A stretch of DNA of 64,000 bases from Mobula hypostoma (lineage: Eukaryota), in NCBI RefSeq assembly GCF_963921235.1, contig NC_086097.1:31312001-31376000 (forward strand), in the 5' to 3' direction. The notes beneath the pieces are model-generated. The model did no database searches and was not told the DNA's origin. It saw only the letters and a program-made list of their open reading frames with translations. The stretch's first letter is position 1. Every line of letters begins with the position of its first letter. This document shows positions 1 through 12,795 of the stretch, piece by piece. The position numbers were made by a program, and so were the translations under genes.

Positions 1-869
1 TTACTTTCCTGGGATTGCATTAACGCACAGGGTCTGGAAGCAGCAAAATTTCTTCAGTATGTCAAAGATTAGAAACCCACACAACTGTCCATTAGCATGT
101 GCTTGTCCAAAGGGATAACGAAAGTCGGTATAATTATTTACAGCAGCACCGGCTGCAAGGATACAGGCTTTTGTTAAGGCAAAAAGTTCCGACTACTTGA
201 GCAGAACGGGATGGAAAGTAGCTGTACCACCTCAGCCGTTAGATGACGTGCACACACTGCATATCCACTAAAAATATCCTCTATTTCCCTTCCAGTATCA
301 GATGGGAGGAAAAGCAGAAGAAAATTTACATGTGGACTTACATCAAATGACGTTTTACAATTAAAATTTAAATCGCACAAGTTTTTAAGTATAGTTCAGG
401 AATGAATTAATTAAAATTAACTGCGTAGTCTATAGTGCTGGTGGCAATAGAGGCAGAAACTTATCAAAGTTGCTTTGGCCCGAGGGCAGTAGCCAGACTG
501 CCCACAAACAAAAATATACCCCTCGCAGACATTCCCCATGTTTACCCCTACCATGTTCACCATCCCATCTCATGTTTATTGGATCAAACAAGTGTAAAGC
601 CCATACATTTAGAATTATCTGAACAACTACGCTGTTCAAAATAAATATCGCCAGTCAAAAAAGGGTCATATGAATCATATGTATATAAAGCAGGTAAAGT
701 TAAAACTGAAGTTTCCAGTGAAACGTTAAGAAGTTAATCTGGTAATGATTAGCCAAAATTTAGTCGCTGTCAATTTGGTTAAATATAAAATGAAGCTATG
801 TTTAAAAAATATTCAAATTGTATAGGGCAGCTATAGCAATCTTTTTAAAGCACCGTACAATATTATAAA

Positions 870-1240
870 TAAGAGAAAGTCTGCAGATACTGGAAATCCA
901 AAGCAATACACACACACACATACACAAAATGCTGCAGGAACTCAGCAGGTCAGGCACCAGCTATGGAAATGCATAAACAGGCAATATTTCAGGCTGAGAG
1001 CCTTCTCCAGGACTGAGATGGGGGAAAACGGCAGAATAAAAAGGTGGGGGGAGGGGAAGGAGGCTAGTTGGAAACTGATAAGTGAAGCCAGGTGGGTAGG
1101 AAAGGTAAAGGACTGGAGAGGAAGGAATCTGATGGGAGAGGACAGTGGACCATAGGAGAAAGGGAAGGAGAAGGTGTCTGGGGTGGGGGGGGTGATAAAC
1201 AGGTCAGAGTAGAGAATAGGGTTTCGGGGGGGGGGGTGGA
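870..1240 (-). mobile_element. Penelope-like element 3' terminal fragment
   Basis: Same terminus (ACACAAAATGCTG..GGAACTCAGCAGG) and purine-rich tract as the GIY-YIG-bearing copies at 8983, 11585 and 37537. Confidence 0.8.
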
Positions 1241-2219
1241 GGAATATTGCCCAGAAACTTTTGTGGCGCAGCCCAGGAAGTCTCACACAAGTTTTGTCCT
1301 CATTCCCTTTAACAGTTTTAATTCTTTGAAGTTGGAATTACTTTTGGCAATGTTGTAAAACACTCACAATTTTACTCATCTCACACAAGAACAGTAGATA
1401 TTTTCCTTTAACCTAGGTTGCAACGTTTTACAATAGCATTTATTAAGATGGGCGTTAACACTTCTAGAGCTGATCCAGAATACTTTTGAAAACATTTACG
1501 CACGCGTTTTATGTATTCATTACATCATTGTCTTTTGTATTTTAAGCCAATCTAAGTGCAAGGGAAATACTTCCTTCAAGCTCCTACTGGATCAGTTCAA
1601 GGTATATTTAAATCAACATTTCACTCCTCCCCTGCCTCCCATGTCCTGCAGTGCGATTGGAAACCATCAGTCATGGCAGGGCAATGGCTGACACTGGTCT
1701 CGCCAAGTACTCAAAAGGTGCCACTTGGCATGCATCTTGTTGAAACCGTGCCTGACTGCAGCATCTAGCTCACACTTAGATTCTAGTGCCAATTGTTTCT
1801 TTTCGTACACTGAGGTTTCATACATTATCATCCTTTGCATGTTCCTTCTGTCTTTTCCTTTTTAAATTTTGCTCACTTTCGTTGCTTTTTAAAAAAAACA
1901 GGATTCATCTAACTGCTGTTTGCATTTCACATCTACATTGAACAACCACAGGCTACCCTACAGTCTTCTCAAATTTCACGCTACCATTCATGCACACACA
2001 ATCAGGGTGAAAACACACACACCCGTATTTTGGAATTCCTCTTTTTTAAAAAAAGAAACTACGCATGTAAATTACCCAATTGTTCTGTTGCCCGGAAATT
2101 ATATTGGACAGATGGCGGCAAATTTCTGTGGGGAGATAGGGACCCATAATTCCATATGTTTCAAAGTAAAAATCTCTTCAGAAAAAACTTTTTTTAAAAA
2201 AAGATTAGCTATATGTCAC

Positions 2220-2440
2220 AAGTACATCAAAACCGATGTGCTGGGGACCATCCACATGTGTCGCCGTGCTTCACTCTCACTAACCCTAATCATTGGGTCT
2301 TTGGAATGTGGGAGGAAACTGAAGCACGTGGAGGAAACCCACATGGTCACAGGAGAAGGTACAGACTCCTTACAGACAGGGCAGGATTGAATCCTGTTTG
2401 TCAATTGCTAACACTGTAAAGTGTTGTGCTAACCAAGACA
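2220..2440 (-). mobile_element. tRNA-derived V-SINE (HE1-like), degraded
   Basis: V-domain in reverse: TGTGGGAGGAAACTGAAGCACGTGGAGGAAACCCACATGGTCACAGG, followed by a tRNA-like head remnant. Confidence 0.8.
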
Positions 2441-2452
2441 CTGGTTAAAGGT

Positions 2453-3030
2453 AGATTAGATTAGATTATGAGGACACTCAGTCCTCATTTATTGTCATTT
2501 AGAAATGCATGCATTAAAAAATGATACAATGTTCCTCCAGAAGGATATCACAGGAACACAGGACAAACCAAGACTAAAACTGACAAAACCACATAATTAT
2601 AACATATAGTTACAACAGTGCAAAGCAATACCATAATTTGATAAAGAGCAGACCATGGGCACGATAAAAAAAAATCATCTCACGCAGACGGTAGAAGGGA
2701 GAAACTCTCCCTGCCATGAACCCCCAAGCACCGCAAACTTGTTGATGCATTGGAAGCACCCGACCGCAGCCGACACTGAGTCCATCTGAAAACATCTCTG
2801 CCGAGCACTTCGACCCCGCCCCGGCCACCGAGCAACAAGCAAAGCCGAGGACTCGGGGCCTTCCCCTCCGGAGATTCTGGATCACACAGCAGCAGCGGCA
2901 GTGAAACAGGCACTTCAGAAGTTTCACCAGATTTTCCTCCGTGCTCTCACATCTGTCTCCATCAAATCAGGATTGTGCATGGCACCCTACTTGACAGATA
3001 ACAGATATCATTCACCGGAGTGGCCGCTGC
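2453..3030 (-). mobile_element. Non-autonomous retroposon with (TCTAA)n tail, family unassigned
   Basis: (TAGAT)n at the left end; colinear with the copy at 24370-24991 and shares its 3' end with the fragment at 33615-33713. Confidence 0.7.
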
Positions 3031-3875
3031 AAGCCCATTATAGAATGGGATAAAGTTGGTCCTCACTTCAGGTCCTAAATTGGACATTGTGGGCCTACTA
3101 TATTGGCGCCAGAAGCATGGTGAAACTTGTGGACTGACCCCAGTGCATTGGCAGACTGTGTTGGTTGTTGATGGGAACTACACAATTCACTGTATGGTTT
3201 AGCGTACATATGACAAATAAAGCTAACCTTTAAAGTGCCGTCACACAAGAGAGGAAGAGTTCTGGACTTGCTAATGCTTCCACAAGCTGATGCTGCCAGC
3301 TGCAAGAGTCAACACTCCCCAACAACCCTGGCACTGGCATTTCACAATAAATTTGAAAGTAGCTACCAAATGAGATTGAACAGGGAAACTGAGAATTGAG
3401 CTGAACCTCTAAAATCTTAATAAACTAATTTACAGTTACCAATACCGCCCAACTTGTGCAAGAACAAAGTTCAAATCCCCTTTGAAGTTCTGATGATATT
3501 TCTGGTGTCTTAGCTTATGACTGTTTTCCCTCAGTTTGCCTTGCAAAAACCTGTAGTGTTGTAAGTCTCTAATCCAAGGCATTAAGTTTAACCTTTATTA
3601 TAGTTTTTTAATGAACCAAAGTGCTATTCATTAAGGGTTTGTTTGTATTCCGGGGGTTGTGAGTGCTTGAAAGAAAACTGCAACATTCTACTGATAATAA
3701 TTCAGCATTACTCTGTTCAAATTAACAGATAATTGAAATTTTCTTGAGAGGTAAACAGCTTTAAATTATTAGACCGTAAAGTACTTACAAGTAGAATAAA
3801 GAGACATTATTTTGACGATGATGATATTGATATGTCTCAATACTCCTCAAAATATACATTGGAATCGGAAAAATA

Positions 3876-4110
3876 CACTCTGTGGCTAGTTTATTAGACA
3901 AGGAGTATCTGGCACCAATAATCATTCCACAGTCAGTCACTTAGAACACATTTCTTCCCCCATTCTAATGTCTGGTCTGAACATCAATTGAATCTCTTGA
4001 CCATGTCTGCATGCTTTTATGCAATGAGTTGCTGCCACATGATTGGCTGATTAGATATTTGCATTTTCAAGCAGGTGTGCAGGTACAAATGTTAAAGTGG
4101 CCACAGAGTG
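3876..4110 (-). mobile_element. Tc1/mariner internally deleted element
   Basis: Terminal inverted repeats CACTCTGTGGC...GCCACAGAGTG flanked by TA on both sides; interior is the reverse complement of the start of the Tc1 copy at 26414. Confidence 0.85.
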
Positions 4111-4934
4111 TAAATACTCCAATGACTCACAGAAGTTCCCTGAGTATATTTTATCTTTATTTCCCAAATTTTGCGGGCACAAGAATGAACTGCCTTGCAT
4201 ATCTATGGAACCTTTCAAGACAGCAGGAAGTCTCAAAGCAATTTAAAGCCAATTAAGTAATTTTGAAATGCGGTCACAGTTCACACATAGTAAACACACA
4301 CCAGACAATCTACACACAGCACAAAACATGGCACCTTTTATCGTTGTTCCTTGAAAAATGAATACCCAGGACACTAGAGTTAAACATTCCTGATCTTATG
4401 TAATATCCAGCTGAAAACAAATTTCAACTGCAAAACAAATTTCTCAACATATCAGTGATAATAAACCTGATTCTGCTTTAACTGCTCCTTTGATAAAGGG
4501 GCTTGTTCTGTTTTGTTGCAGCTATTGCATGTGTTGTTTTGTTCAGCACTGTGGACACGCTATGTTGGCGACAAAATGTAGGACAACACTTGTGGGCTGC
4601 CCTCAGCACATCCTTAGTTTGTGATGGCTGTTAATGCAAACGCTGTATGTCATTGTATGCTTCCATGTAGATGTGATAAGCGAATCTGAATCTGACAAAG
4701 CAGCACTCAATCAGTATTGTACTGAGATCTAAACAGCATGCTTGGGTTACTGGTGTCACACTAAGACCGGCCACTCCTTTGCCAAGTGAAAAACATTGAG
4801 CCACAGCTGATAACTCAAGGAAACTAAAATTGCTGTTGTTAATAGTGAACAGTGAATAGAAGAACAAAATAAATGGGAGAAATAGGTCACACAGCCCTTC
4901 AAACCTGCTCCAACATTCAGTAAGATAATAAATA

Positions 4935-5094
4935 TGAGAAAGACTGCAGATGCTGGAAATCGAAAGCAACAGACACAAAATGCTGGAGGAACTCAGCAGG
5001 CCGGGCAGCTTCTATGGACATGAATAAACTTCAACTGTTTATTCATTTCCATAGATGCTGCCTGACCTGCTGAGTTCCTCCAGCATTTTGTGTG
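4935..5094. mobile_element. Penelope terminal inverted repeat (hairpin remnant)
   Basis: 4973-5029 pairs with 5037-5093; both arms are the Penelope terminus. Confidence 0.85.
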
Positions 5095-5339
5095 CGGTGA
5101 AGTTAACCTTGGCTTCAGCTCCACTCTGCTGTCTATAATGAAGAGAGCATTCCCTCTGTATGACTGTATTTTTTTTTGCTACATGCACTATGTGCACTGT
5201 GTCTGTCTGTTGGTTCTGTGTTTCACACTTTGGCACCAGAGGAACTCTGTTTCATTTGGCTCTAGACGTGTGTAGCTGAAAGACAATTAAACTTGAACTT
5301 GAACTACTGAGTCAAAACCTTTGAGTTCTTAAACCCTTC

Positions 5340-6676
5340 AGTCATAGAGCACCACAGCACTGAAACAGGCCCTTTCACCTATCTGGTACATACTGAACTC
5401 TTATTCTGCCAAGACCCATCGACCTGCACCAGGATCTTAACAGTCCATACCCTTCCCATCCATGTACTTATCCAAACTTGTCCTAAATGCTGCAATCAAA
5501 GCAATACCCACCACTTCTGCTGGCAGCTTGTTCTACACTCGCACCACCCTCTGAGTGAAGATCCCCCTCAGGTTTCCCTTTCACCCTTAACCCATGTAGT
5601 AGTAGTCTCACCAGACCTCAATGGAAAAGGCCTACCTACATTTAGCCTATCTATACTCTTCATAATTTGGCATACCACTGTCAAATCTCCCCTCAGTCTT
5701 CTACGTTCTAGAGAATAAAGTCCTAACCTATTCAACATAACACAGGTCTTCAACTCCTAGCAAAATTGTTGTAAATTTTCTCTGCACTCTTTCAATCTTA
5801 TTTACATCCTTCCTGTAGGTAGGTGATGAAACTGTACACAATACTCCAACTTGGGCCTCACCAACATCTTATATAATTTCAAAAGAACATCTCAACTCCT
5901 GTACTCAGTACATTTATTTATGAAGGCCAATGTACCAACAGCTTACTTTATGACCTCATCACCCTGTGATGCCACTTTCACAGAATTATGGATCTGTATT
6001 CTCAGATCCCTCTGTTCTTCCACACTCCTCAGTGCTCTACCATTCACAGTGCAAGATATACCCTGGCTGATCCTCCCAAAGTGCAACACCTCACACTTGT
6101 CTGCATTAAATTCCATTTGCCATTTTTCAGCCCATTTTCCCAGCTAGTCCAGATCCCGCTGCAGTCTTTGATAATCTTCCTCGCTGCCCACTACACCCCC
6201 AATCTTGGTGTCATCTGCAAATCTGCTGATCCAGTTTACAACATCACCATCCAGATCATTGATATAGATAACGAACAACAAAGAACACAGCACCGATCCC
6301 TGCAACACTCCACTAGTCACAGGCCTCCAGTCAGAGAGGCAACCATCTACTACCACTTTCTCATTTCTCCCACAAAGTCAATGTCTAATCCAATCTTGAA
6401 TAGCAAGTGATTGAACCTTCTTGACCAACCTCCCATGTGGAACCTTGTCAAAGGCCTTGCTAAAGTCTATGTAGGGAACATCCACTGCCTTGCTTTCATC
6501 AACTTTCCTGTTAACATCCTCGAAAAATGTTATAAGATTAGTTAGCTTACCATGCACAAACTCATATTGACTATCCCTAATGAGTGCCTGTCCATCCAAA
6601 TAGCCAGTCCCTTAGAATACCTTCCAACAACTTTGCCATCGCTGCTGTCAGGCTCATTGACCTATAATTTCCTGGC
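5340..6676 (-). mobile_element. CR1 LINE, 5'-truncated and degraded (RT and 3' UTR)
   Basis: ORF pieces DFSKAFDKVPH, SGVLQGSVL, FADDTK and LYSLERRRLRGDL. Confidence 0.93.
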
Positions 6677-7264
6677 AGCTTACACATACGACCAAGCATT
6701 TGGGAGAAGGTTTAGATGGACTTCTGTAAGACTGTAGGCATCTCCTGTCATATGGGAACTCAGTTTGCAGCAATATCTGAATGGCTGTGTTAAACACCAT
6801 GGTTTAACCACACATTGACCCCGGTGAGGCCTAAGTAATATTTAAATACTATATATTTTCAAGTAGTCATATTTCCAACTCGGGTACTGTTCAGGCTATG
6901 AAGAGTTCTCAGGAATGGAGCAACAAAGAGTCTGTTGGAGGAACCCAGTGGGTTAAGCAGCATCTGTGGGAGGAAAGGAAAGAATCACCATGTTTTGGGT
7001 CAAGTCCCTTCCTAACGAAGGATTTCAATTTGAAGCGTTGATAAATTAAAGAATAGCCTTATCTGTCATATTACCAAGCTGCCCTCTCCTTTCCTCCCAC
7101 AGATGCCACTTCCCATGAACAGTTGGGGAGATACTGTATGTTTCAGTAAGATCTCATTCTTCTAAACTTCATCAAATATAGACCCAATCTCAACCATGCC
7201 TTTTATAATATTGCTTTCAGCCCAAGAAATGAAACAGTGAACCTCCTCTAAACTGCCCTAATGA

Positions 7265-7750
7265 CAGTACATCTATGGCTAGAATACACTTGGAGTATTG
7301 TGTTCAGGTCTAATTGCCTCATTATAGGAAGGGTGTGGAAGCTTGAGGGGGTACAGAGGACATTTACCAGGATGCTGCCTGGATTAGAGATTGTGTCTTA
7401 TGAGAAAAGGATGAATGAATTAGTGCAGTTTTCTTTGGAGCAAAACAGGAAATTTGATAGAGGTGTATAAGATGACAAGAGTCATGGCAGCAATGGGAAT
7501 ACAAGGGGCATAATTTTAAGAAGATTGGGGGAAGCTATAGGGTAGATGTCCAAGGTAGTTTTTCTCCCCCAGGAATGATGGTAAAAGCAGATACATTATG
7601 AACATTTAAGAGACTCAGACTCTTACAGGATGTTGGAAATATGGAGGCATATGGGAAGAAGGAAGGATTAGATTGATCTCAGCATTGTTAAAAGCTTGGC
7701 ACAACAGCATGGGCCAATGGACCTTTACTGTGCTGTACTGTTCTATGTTC
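7265..7750 (+). mobile_element. CR1 3' fragment, degraded
   Basis: LEGVQRTFTRMLPGLE peptide; TGTTCTATGTT tail. Confidence 0.85.
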
Positions 7751-8384
7751 CTTCTTTCATAGTGCAAGCTCAGAATCAAACAGACAAAAGCTGGACTTTA
7801 TCAGCGAACTGGTTGCAAAGATTCTATCAGAGTTCATGAAGCTCACGATAGAAATTACTTCTGACAGCATTTGTCTTTGCATCCATTTGGCTGTTCATAC
7901 TCTCCACAGTCATCTTCATTAAATTCCCACCTGACTGTGGGCACATCTTGAGATGTGGTGAAAGCGGAGAAAAATCAGCAAAGGGGTGCAAACAGTTTCA
8001 ACACCAGAGCACATTACTCTGAAGCTCATGAGCAAAACCAGCACTTTGCTAAAGCTATGTCAGAGCCAACTCCATAATCACCCAGCCGGGTAAACTGAAT
8101 CTTTAATCACAGTGAAGTAACCCATCCTGACTACAATTTTGGAACACTGATTCCGCTCAGCAATTAAGTCTCCATCTTCTTGCTTTCCAACCTATAAAAC
8201 TGAAGGCTGTAATAGGCTTCTCAACTGGAGGCTGCAAAGCTGCCAAATCCCAGGTCAACGAGATTAAAGATCATAAGAAAAAGGCACTGGCATACACTTC
8301 GCAGCTGTAATTCTTAAATCCCGTGTAGTAGCATCTATTTTATGTATTTTCTGAACAGCTGTTCTTCCTACAACTACTGAAACA

Positions 8385-8790
8385 ACGTATATCCCATTCA
8401 GTCCATCGAGTCTGCACTGCCACTCCATCATGGCTGATTTAATTTCCCCTCTCAACCCCATTCTCCTGCCTTCTCCCTGTAACCTTTAATGCCATTATTA
8501 ATCAAGAATCTATCAACTTCCACTTCACAAATACCCAATGACTTGGCCTCCATATTGTCTGTGGCAATGAATTCCACAGATTCACCATCCTGTGGCTAAA
8601 GAAATTCCTCCTCACCTCTGTTCCAAAGAGACGTCCTTGCGTTCCGAGGTTGTGCCCTCCAGACCTAGACTCTTCCACGAGAAAACATCCACTCCATGTC
8701 CACTCTAGCTATGCTTTTCAATATTTGGTAAGTTTCATTGACTCAACTGCAAGTTAACCTTTAAGGAATCCTGCATGAGAACTCCCAACT
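8385..8790 (-). mobile_element. CR1 3' fragment
   Basis: GAATTCCACAGATTCACCA motif (reverse of VVNLWNS) and CR1 3' UTR. Confidence 0.85.
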
Positions 8791-8982
8791 TGCTTTACAG
8801 CATAGTGCACATGGGATGATATCTCAACAGTCGTCCCACTCATCAGAGGTACACATGCCAAGGGAAGGCGAAGGCATTGGGAGGAATGAAAAAACAGTAC
8901 AGTCAAAGAGACATGTTCACTAAAAAACAGAGAGGCTTAGGGTGGCAACTGAAGTGAGTGGCCTGGATAGTGGAAGAGAGGG

Positions 8983-9543
8983 TTGCCAGGCATGACACAA
9001 TTCAATTCCACTTCCCCTTCCGACATGTCAGTTCAAGGTCTCCTCTTCTGCCATGATGAGGCCAAGCTCAAGTTGGAGGAGCAACACCTCATATTCCATC
9101 TGGGCAGCCTCCATCCTAACAGCATAAACATTAATTTCTCTTTAATTTCTCCCCCTCCCTTTTTTCCTCCCATTCTGGTTCCCCTCTCATCCCTTTTCTT
9201 CTCCTCACCTGCCTATCACTTCTCTCTGGTTCACCTCCTGCTTCTCTTACTCTACTGCCCACTCCTATCAGATTCCTCCTTCTTTAGTCCTTTGCCTTTT
9301 CCACCTCTTACTTCACCCTCCCTTCCTCTTCCACCTGGTCTCACCCATCATCTGACAGCTTGCACTCCCTCCCCTCACCCCACTTTCTTGTTCTGCCTTC
9401 CACCCCCACTCCTTTCCGGTCCTAATGGAAGATCTCGGCCTGTAACATTGACTGTTTGTTCCACTCCTGACCTGCTGAGTTCCTCCAGTATTTGGTGTGT
9501 GTTGCTCAAGAGCTCCAGCATCTAGAGAATCTCTTGTGTTTGT
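8983..9543 (+). mobile_element. Penelope-like element: GIY-YIG C-terminus and 3' region
   Basis: FNSTSPSDMSVQGLLFCHDEAKLKLEEQHLIFHLGSLHPNSININFS, pyrimidine tract, Penelope terminus. Confidence 0.9.
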
Positions 9544-9844
9544 GAAACAACTGGAACAGAGTTAGAGGTGAGAGGGGGTCAACTTCAAAGGAGATGTGCA
9601 GGTAAGTTTTCTTTTATAGAGAGAGCGAAGGATGTCTGGAATGCACTGCCAAGGATGGTGTAGAAGTAGATAAAATAGAGGCATTTAAGAAGCTTTTAGA
9701 CAGGCGTTTGTTCTGGGAATAGAGGGATACAGACATCGTTTAGGCAGAAGGGATTAGTTATGCGTTTAATTACTAGTCTACTTGGTTCAGTACAACACTG
9801 TGGGCTGAACGGCCTATTACTGTGATCTACTAGTAGTGAATAAG

Positions 9845-10140
9845 AAAGTGCAGAGATGTTGGAGCACCCATCATCAGGGAGCCCCAACATCCACAACACG
9901 CTCTCTTCTCCTTGCTGCCATCAGGAAGGAGGTACAGGAGCCTCTGGGCTCACATCATCAAATTCAGAAACAGTTATTACCTCTCAACCATCAGGTTCTG
10001 GAACCAGAGGGGATAACTTCACTTGCCCTATCACTAAACTGTTCTCACAACCTATGAACTCACTTTCAAGGACTCTCCATCTCATGTTCACAATATTTAT
10101 TGCTTATTTATTATTATTATTCCTTTCCTTTTGTATTAGA
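9845..10140 (+). mobile_element. Rex1/Babar-like LINE 3' remnant
   Basis: CTGCCATCAGGAAGGAGGTACAGGAGCCT encodes LPSGRRYRSL, a typical Rex1/Babar C-terminal motif. Confidence 0.7.
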
Positions 10141-10199
10141 TAACTTGGCCCACGCATTTCCTTGGAACTTACCCCACTAACCTTACATGCATGCCCTAT

Positions 10200-10730
10200 G
10201 GTTGGAATTGGAATTTGTTTACTATTGTCATATGTACTGAGATATGGTGAAAAGCTTACCTTGCATACCATTCTGACACAGTGCACTAAGATGGTACAAG
10301 GTAAAATAGTAACAACACAGTATATAATTTAACAGCTACAGAGAAAGGACAGCACAGGTAAACAATAAGGTACAAGCTCATTCCAAGGTAGGTTGTGAGA
10401 GTAAGAGACCATCTTATACAAAGGAAACATTTTACAGTCTTATATAAAAGCAGAATCCTTGAGCCCAGTGGTACGTACTTTCAGGCTTTTGCATCTTCTG
10501 CCCAATGGAAGAACAGAAAAGAGAGAATGCCTATAGTGGGTAGGGTCTTTGATTATGCTGGGTGCTTTATTGGGGCAGTGAGGAGTATAGACAGAGACCA
10601 TGAAGGGAAGGCTGGTTTCTGTGATGTGCTGAGCTATGTCCAGAGCTTTCTGTAGTTCCCTGCAATCACATGCAGAGCAGTTGCCATGTGAAACACAATT
10701 TGAATCCAGGTAAGATGCTTTCTATGGCAT
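10200..10730 (-). mobile_element. Rex1/Babar-like LINE 3' remnant
   Basis: Tail GGAATTGGAATTTGTTTACTATTGTCA; colinear with the copy at about 27355-27785. Confidence 0.6.
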
Positions 10731-11584
10731 TAACTTTCAAACCCTAGGAAAAAGAAATTGGCGGTCTGTTGTATCTATACACCTCATATTCTTATATAAA
10801 CCTCCATCAAGACTCTTCCCCCCCGCCCCCCAACCTCCACTGCTCCGGAGTAAACAAGCCAAGTTTGCCTTCAGGCACTTTCTCTCTGATCCATCTTGCT
10901 GTATCCTTTGATAACCATCCTCCCTATCCACATGCCAACTTTCATGCTCTCTGATCATCAGGATTTGTATTGGTGGCACTGAAATTGTTTTGTAAGTGGG
11001 TAACTTGCAAAATACTTGCATGAGAGTTTTGGCTACGTAGATAGAAGTGGGTGACATGCATGGATAGGACCACAAGCTCAGCTCCAAGTCAAACAGGGGC
11101 CAGGCCATAGCCGATAATAGGTAAGTTCAAGCAGTCTGATATTAACCTCACCCTATTTTCATTTGCAGGAAGTCTGTTGATTGTAATCAGGAACCCTGGG
11201 CCCCAGTCATTACCTGTTCCCAACGGATCATATTGCACCTAAACATTCAATGGCATGAAGCCAGGAGCTCTCTATAGCTCTCTGAACCAAAACGGGTGTA
11301 AAGGAGCTTTTGTTCAAATGGAACTGCTTGGATACAAGAAGCACATTTAAGTAGGTAACCCTTAAGTTTAAGTGTGGCTCACATCTCACAAATTGTTACT
11401 TCAAGGAGACTAAAGACAAAATCCTGCAATGCGGTTCAGTACAGAAAGAGTAACACACTATTAGAGGTGCTTTCTTTCAGGTGAGGTTAAACTTTGCCCA
11501 TATAGTTTTCTTAGCTATACATTAAAAAAAACCACCACAGGATCAGAGGGATCAGCCGCACTCTCCTAGCTCAATATTCAACCC

Positions 11585-12610
11585 CAAACAGAGAAAATCT
11601 GCAGATGCTAGAAATTCAAGCAATATACACAAAATGCTGGAGGAACTCAGCAGGCCAAGCTGCATCTAGGAAAAGAGTACAGTTCACGTTTTGGGCCAAA
11701 ACCCTTTGCCAAGACTGGAGAAAAAAGCTGAGGAGTAGGTTTAAAAGGTGGGGAGAGGGCAGAGACCATCAGTTTCCACAAGGTGATAGTTGAAACCTGA
11801 AGGGGGAAGGATGAAGTAAAGAGCTGGGAAGTTGATTGGTGAAAGAGATAGAAGCCCATGGAAGAAAAAAAAGGTGGGAAGAGCACCAGAAGGAGTCGAT
11901 GGGGTGGGGGCAGGGGTGGCAAGGAGATAAGGTGAGAGAGGGAAAAGGGGAAGGGAAATGGTGAAGGGGGGTGGGTGGGGAGCATCACCAGAAGTTTGAG
12001 AAATCGATGTTCATGCTATCAGGTTGGAGGCGACCCAAACAGAAATCAAGGTGTTGTTCCTCCAACCCAAGTGTGGCCTCATCACGACAGTGGGGGAGGC
12101 TGTGGATGGACATATCAGAATGGGAATGGGAAGTGGAATTAAAATGGGTGGCCACCGGGAGATCCTGCTTTTTCTGGCAGATGGAGCGTAGATGCTCGGC
12201 GAAGTGGTCTCCCAATCTATGTTGGGTCTCACTGATATATAGGAGGCCACACCGAGAGCACCGGACAGTATATGATCCCAATAGACTCGCAGGTGAAATG
12301 TCGCCTCACCTGGAAGGACTGTTTAGGGTCCTGAATGGTAGCAAGGCGTAGAGGCAGGTATAGCACTTGTTTCACTTGCAAGGATATCGCTTTCACCAAT
12401 CAACTTCCCAGCTCCTTACTTCATCCTTCCCCCTCCTGGTTTCACCTATCACCTTGTGTTTCTCTCTTCCCCTTCCCCCCACCTTTTAAATCTACTCCTC
12501 AGCTTTTTTTTCGCCATCCTGCCTAAGGGTTTCGGCCTGAACCGTCAACTGTACTCTTTTCCTAGATGTTGCCTGGCCTGCTGAGTTCCTCCAGCATTTT
12601 GTGTGTGTTA
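11585..12610 (-). mobile_element. Penelope-like element with GIY-YIG ORF remnant, inverted terminal segment and 15-bp TSD
   Basis: ORF 11985-12281 YTVRCSRCGLLYISET...PVATHFNSTSHS...EEQHL; 11625-11845 is inverted at 12390-12609; TSD CTCAATATTCAACCC at 11570-11584 and 12611-12625. Confidence 0.93.
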
Positions 12611-12759
12611 CTCAATATTCAACCCTCTAAATTACTTCATCTACTGTAAAGCATTCTGGATACCTAACTGGGACAGAAAAAGCAATACAAAAATGCAGGT
12701 GTATTTTTCAGAATGTGCATGCTGTTTTCTATTTCAAGTCAGGGACCAAAGCGCAAAGC

Positions 12760-12763
<4 letters not shown>

Positions 12764-12791
<28 letters not shown>
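12764..12791. repeat. (AC)n microsatellite
   Basis: Uninterrupted AC run. Confidence 0.95.

Positions 12792-12795
<4 letters not shown>

Noticed and set aside
724..733. Minus-strand TTCTTAAC as the branch site of the true next exon
   Set aside because: No BRF1 coding sequence follows it.
1920..2390. 156-aa ORF
   Set aside because: No recognisable domain; it runs into a V-SINE.
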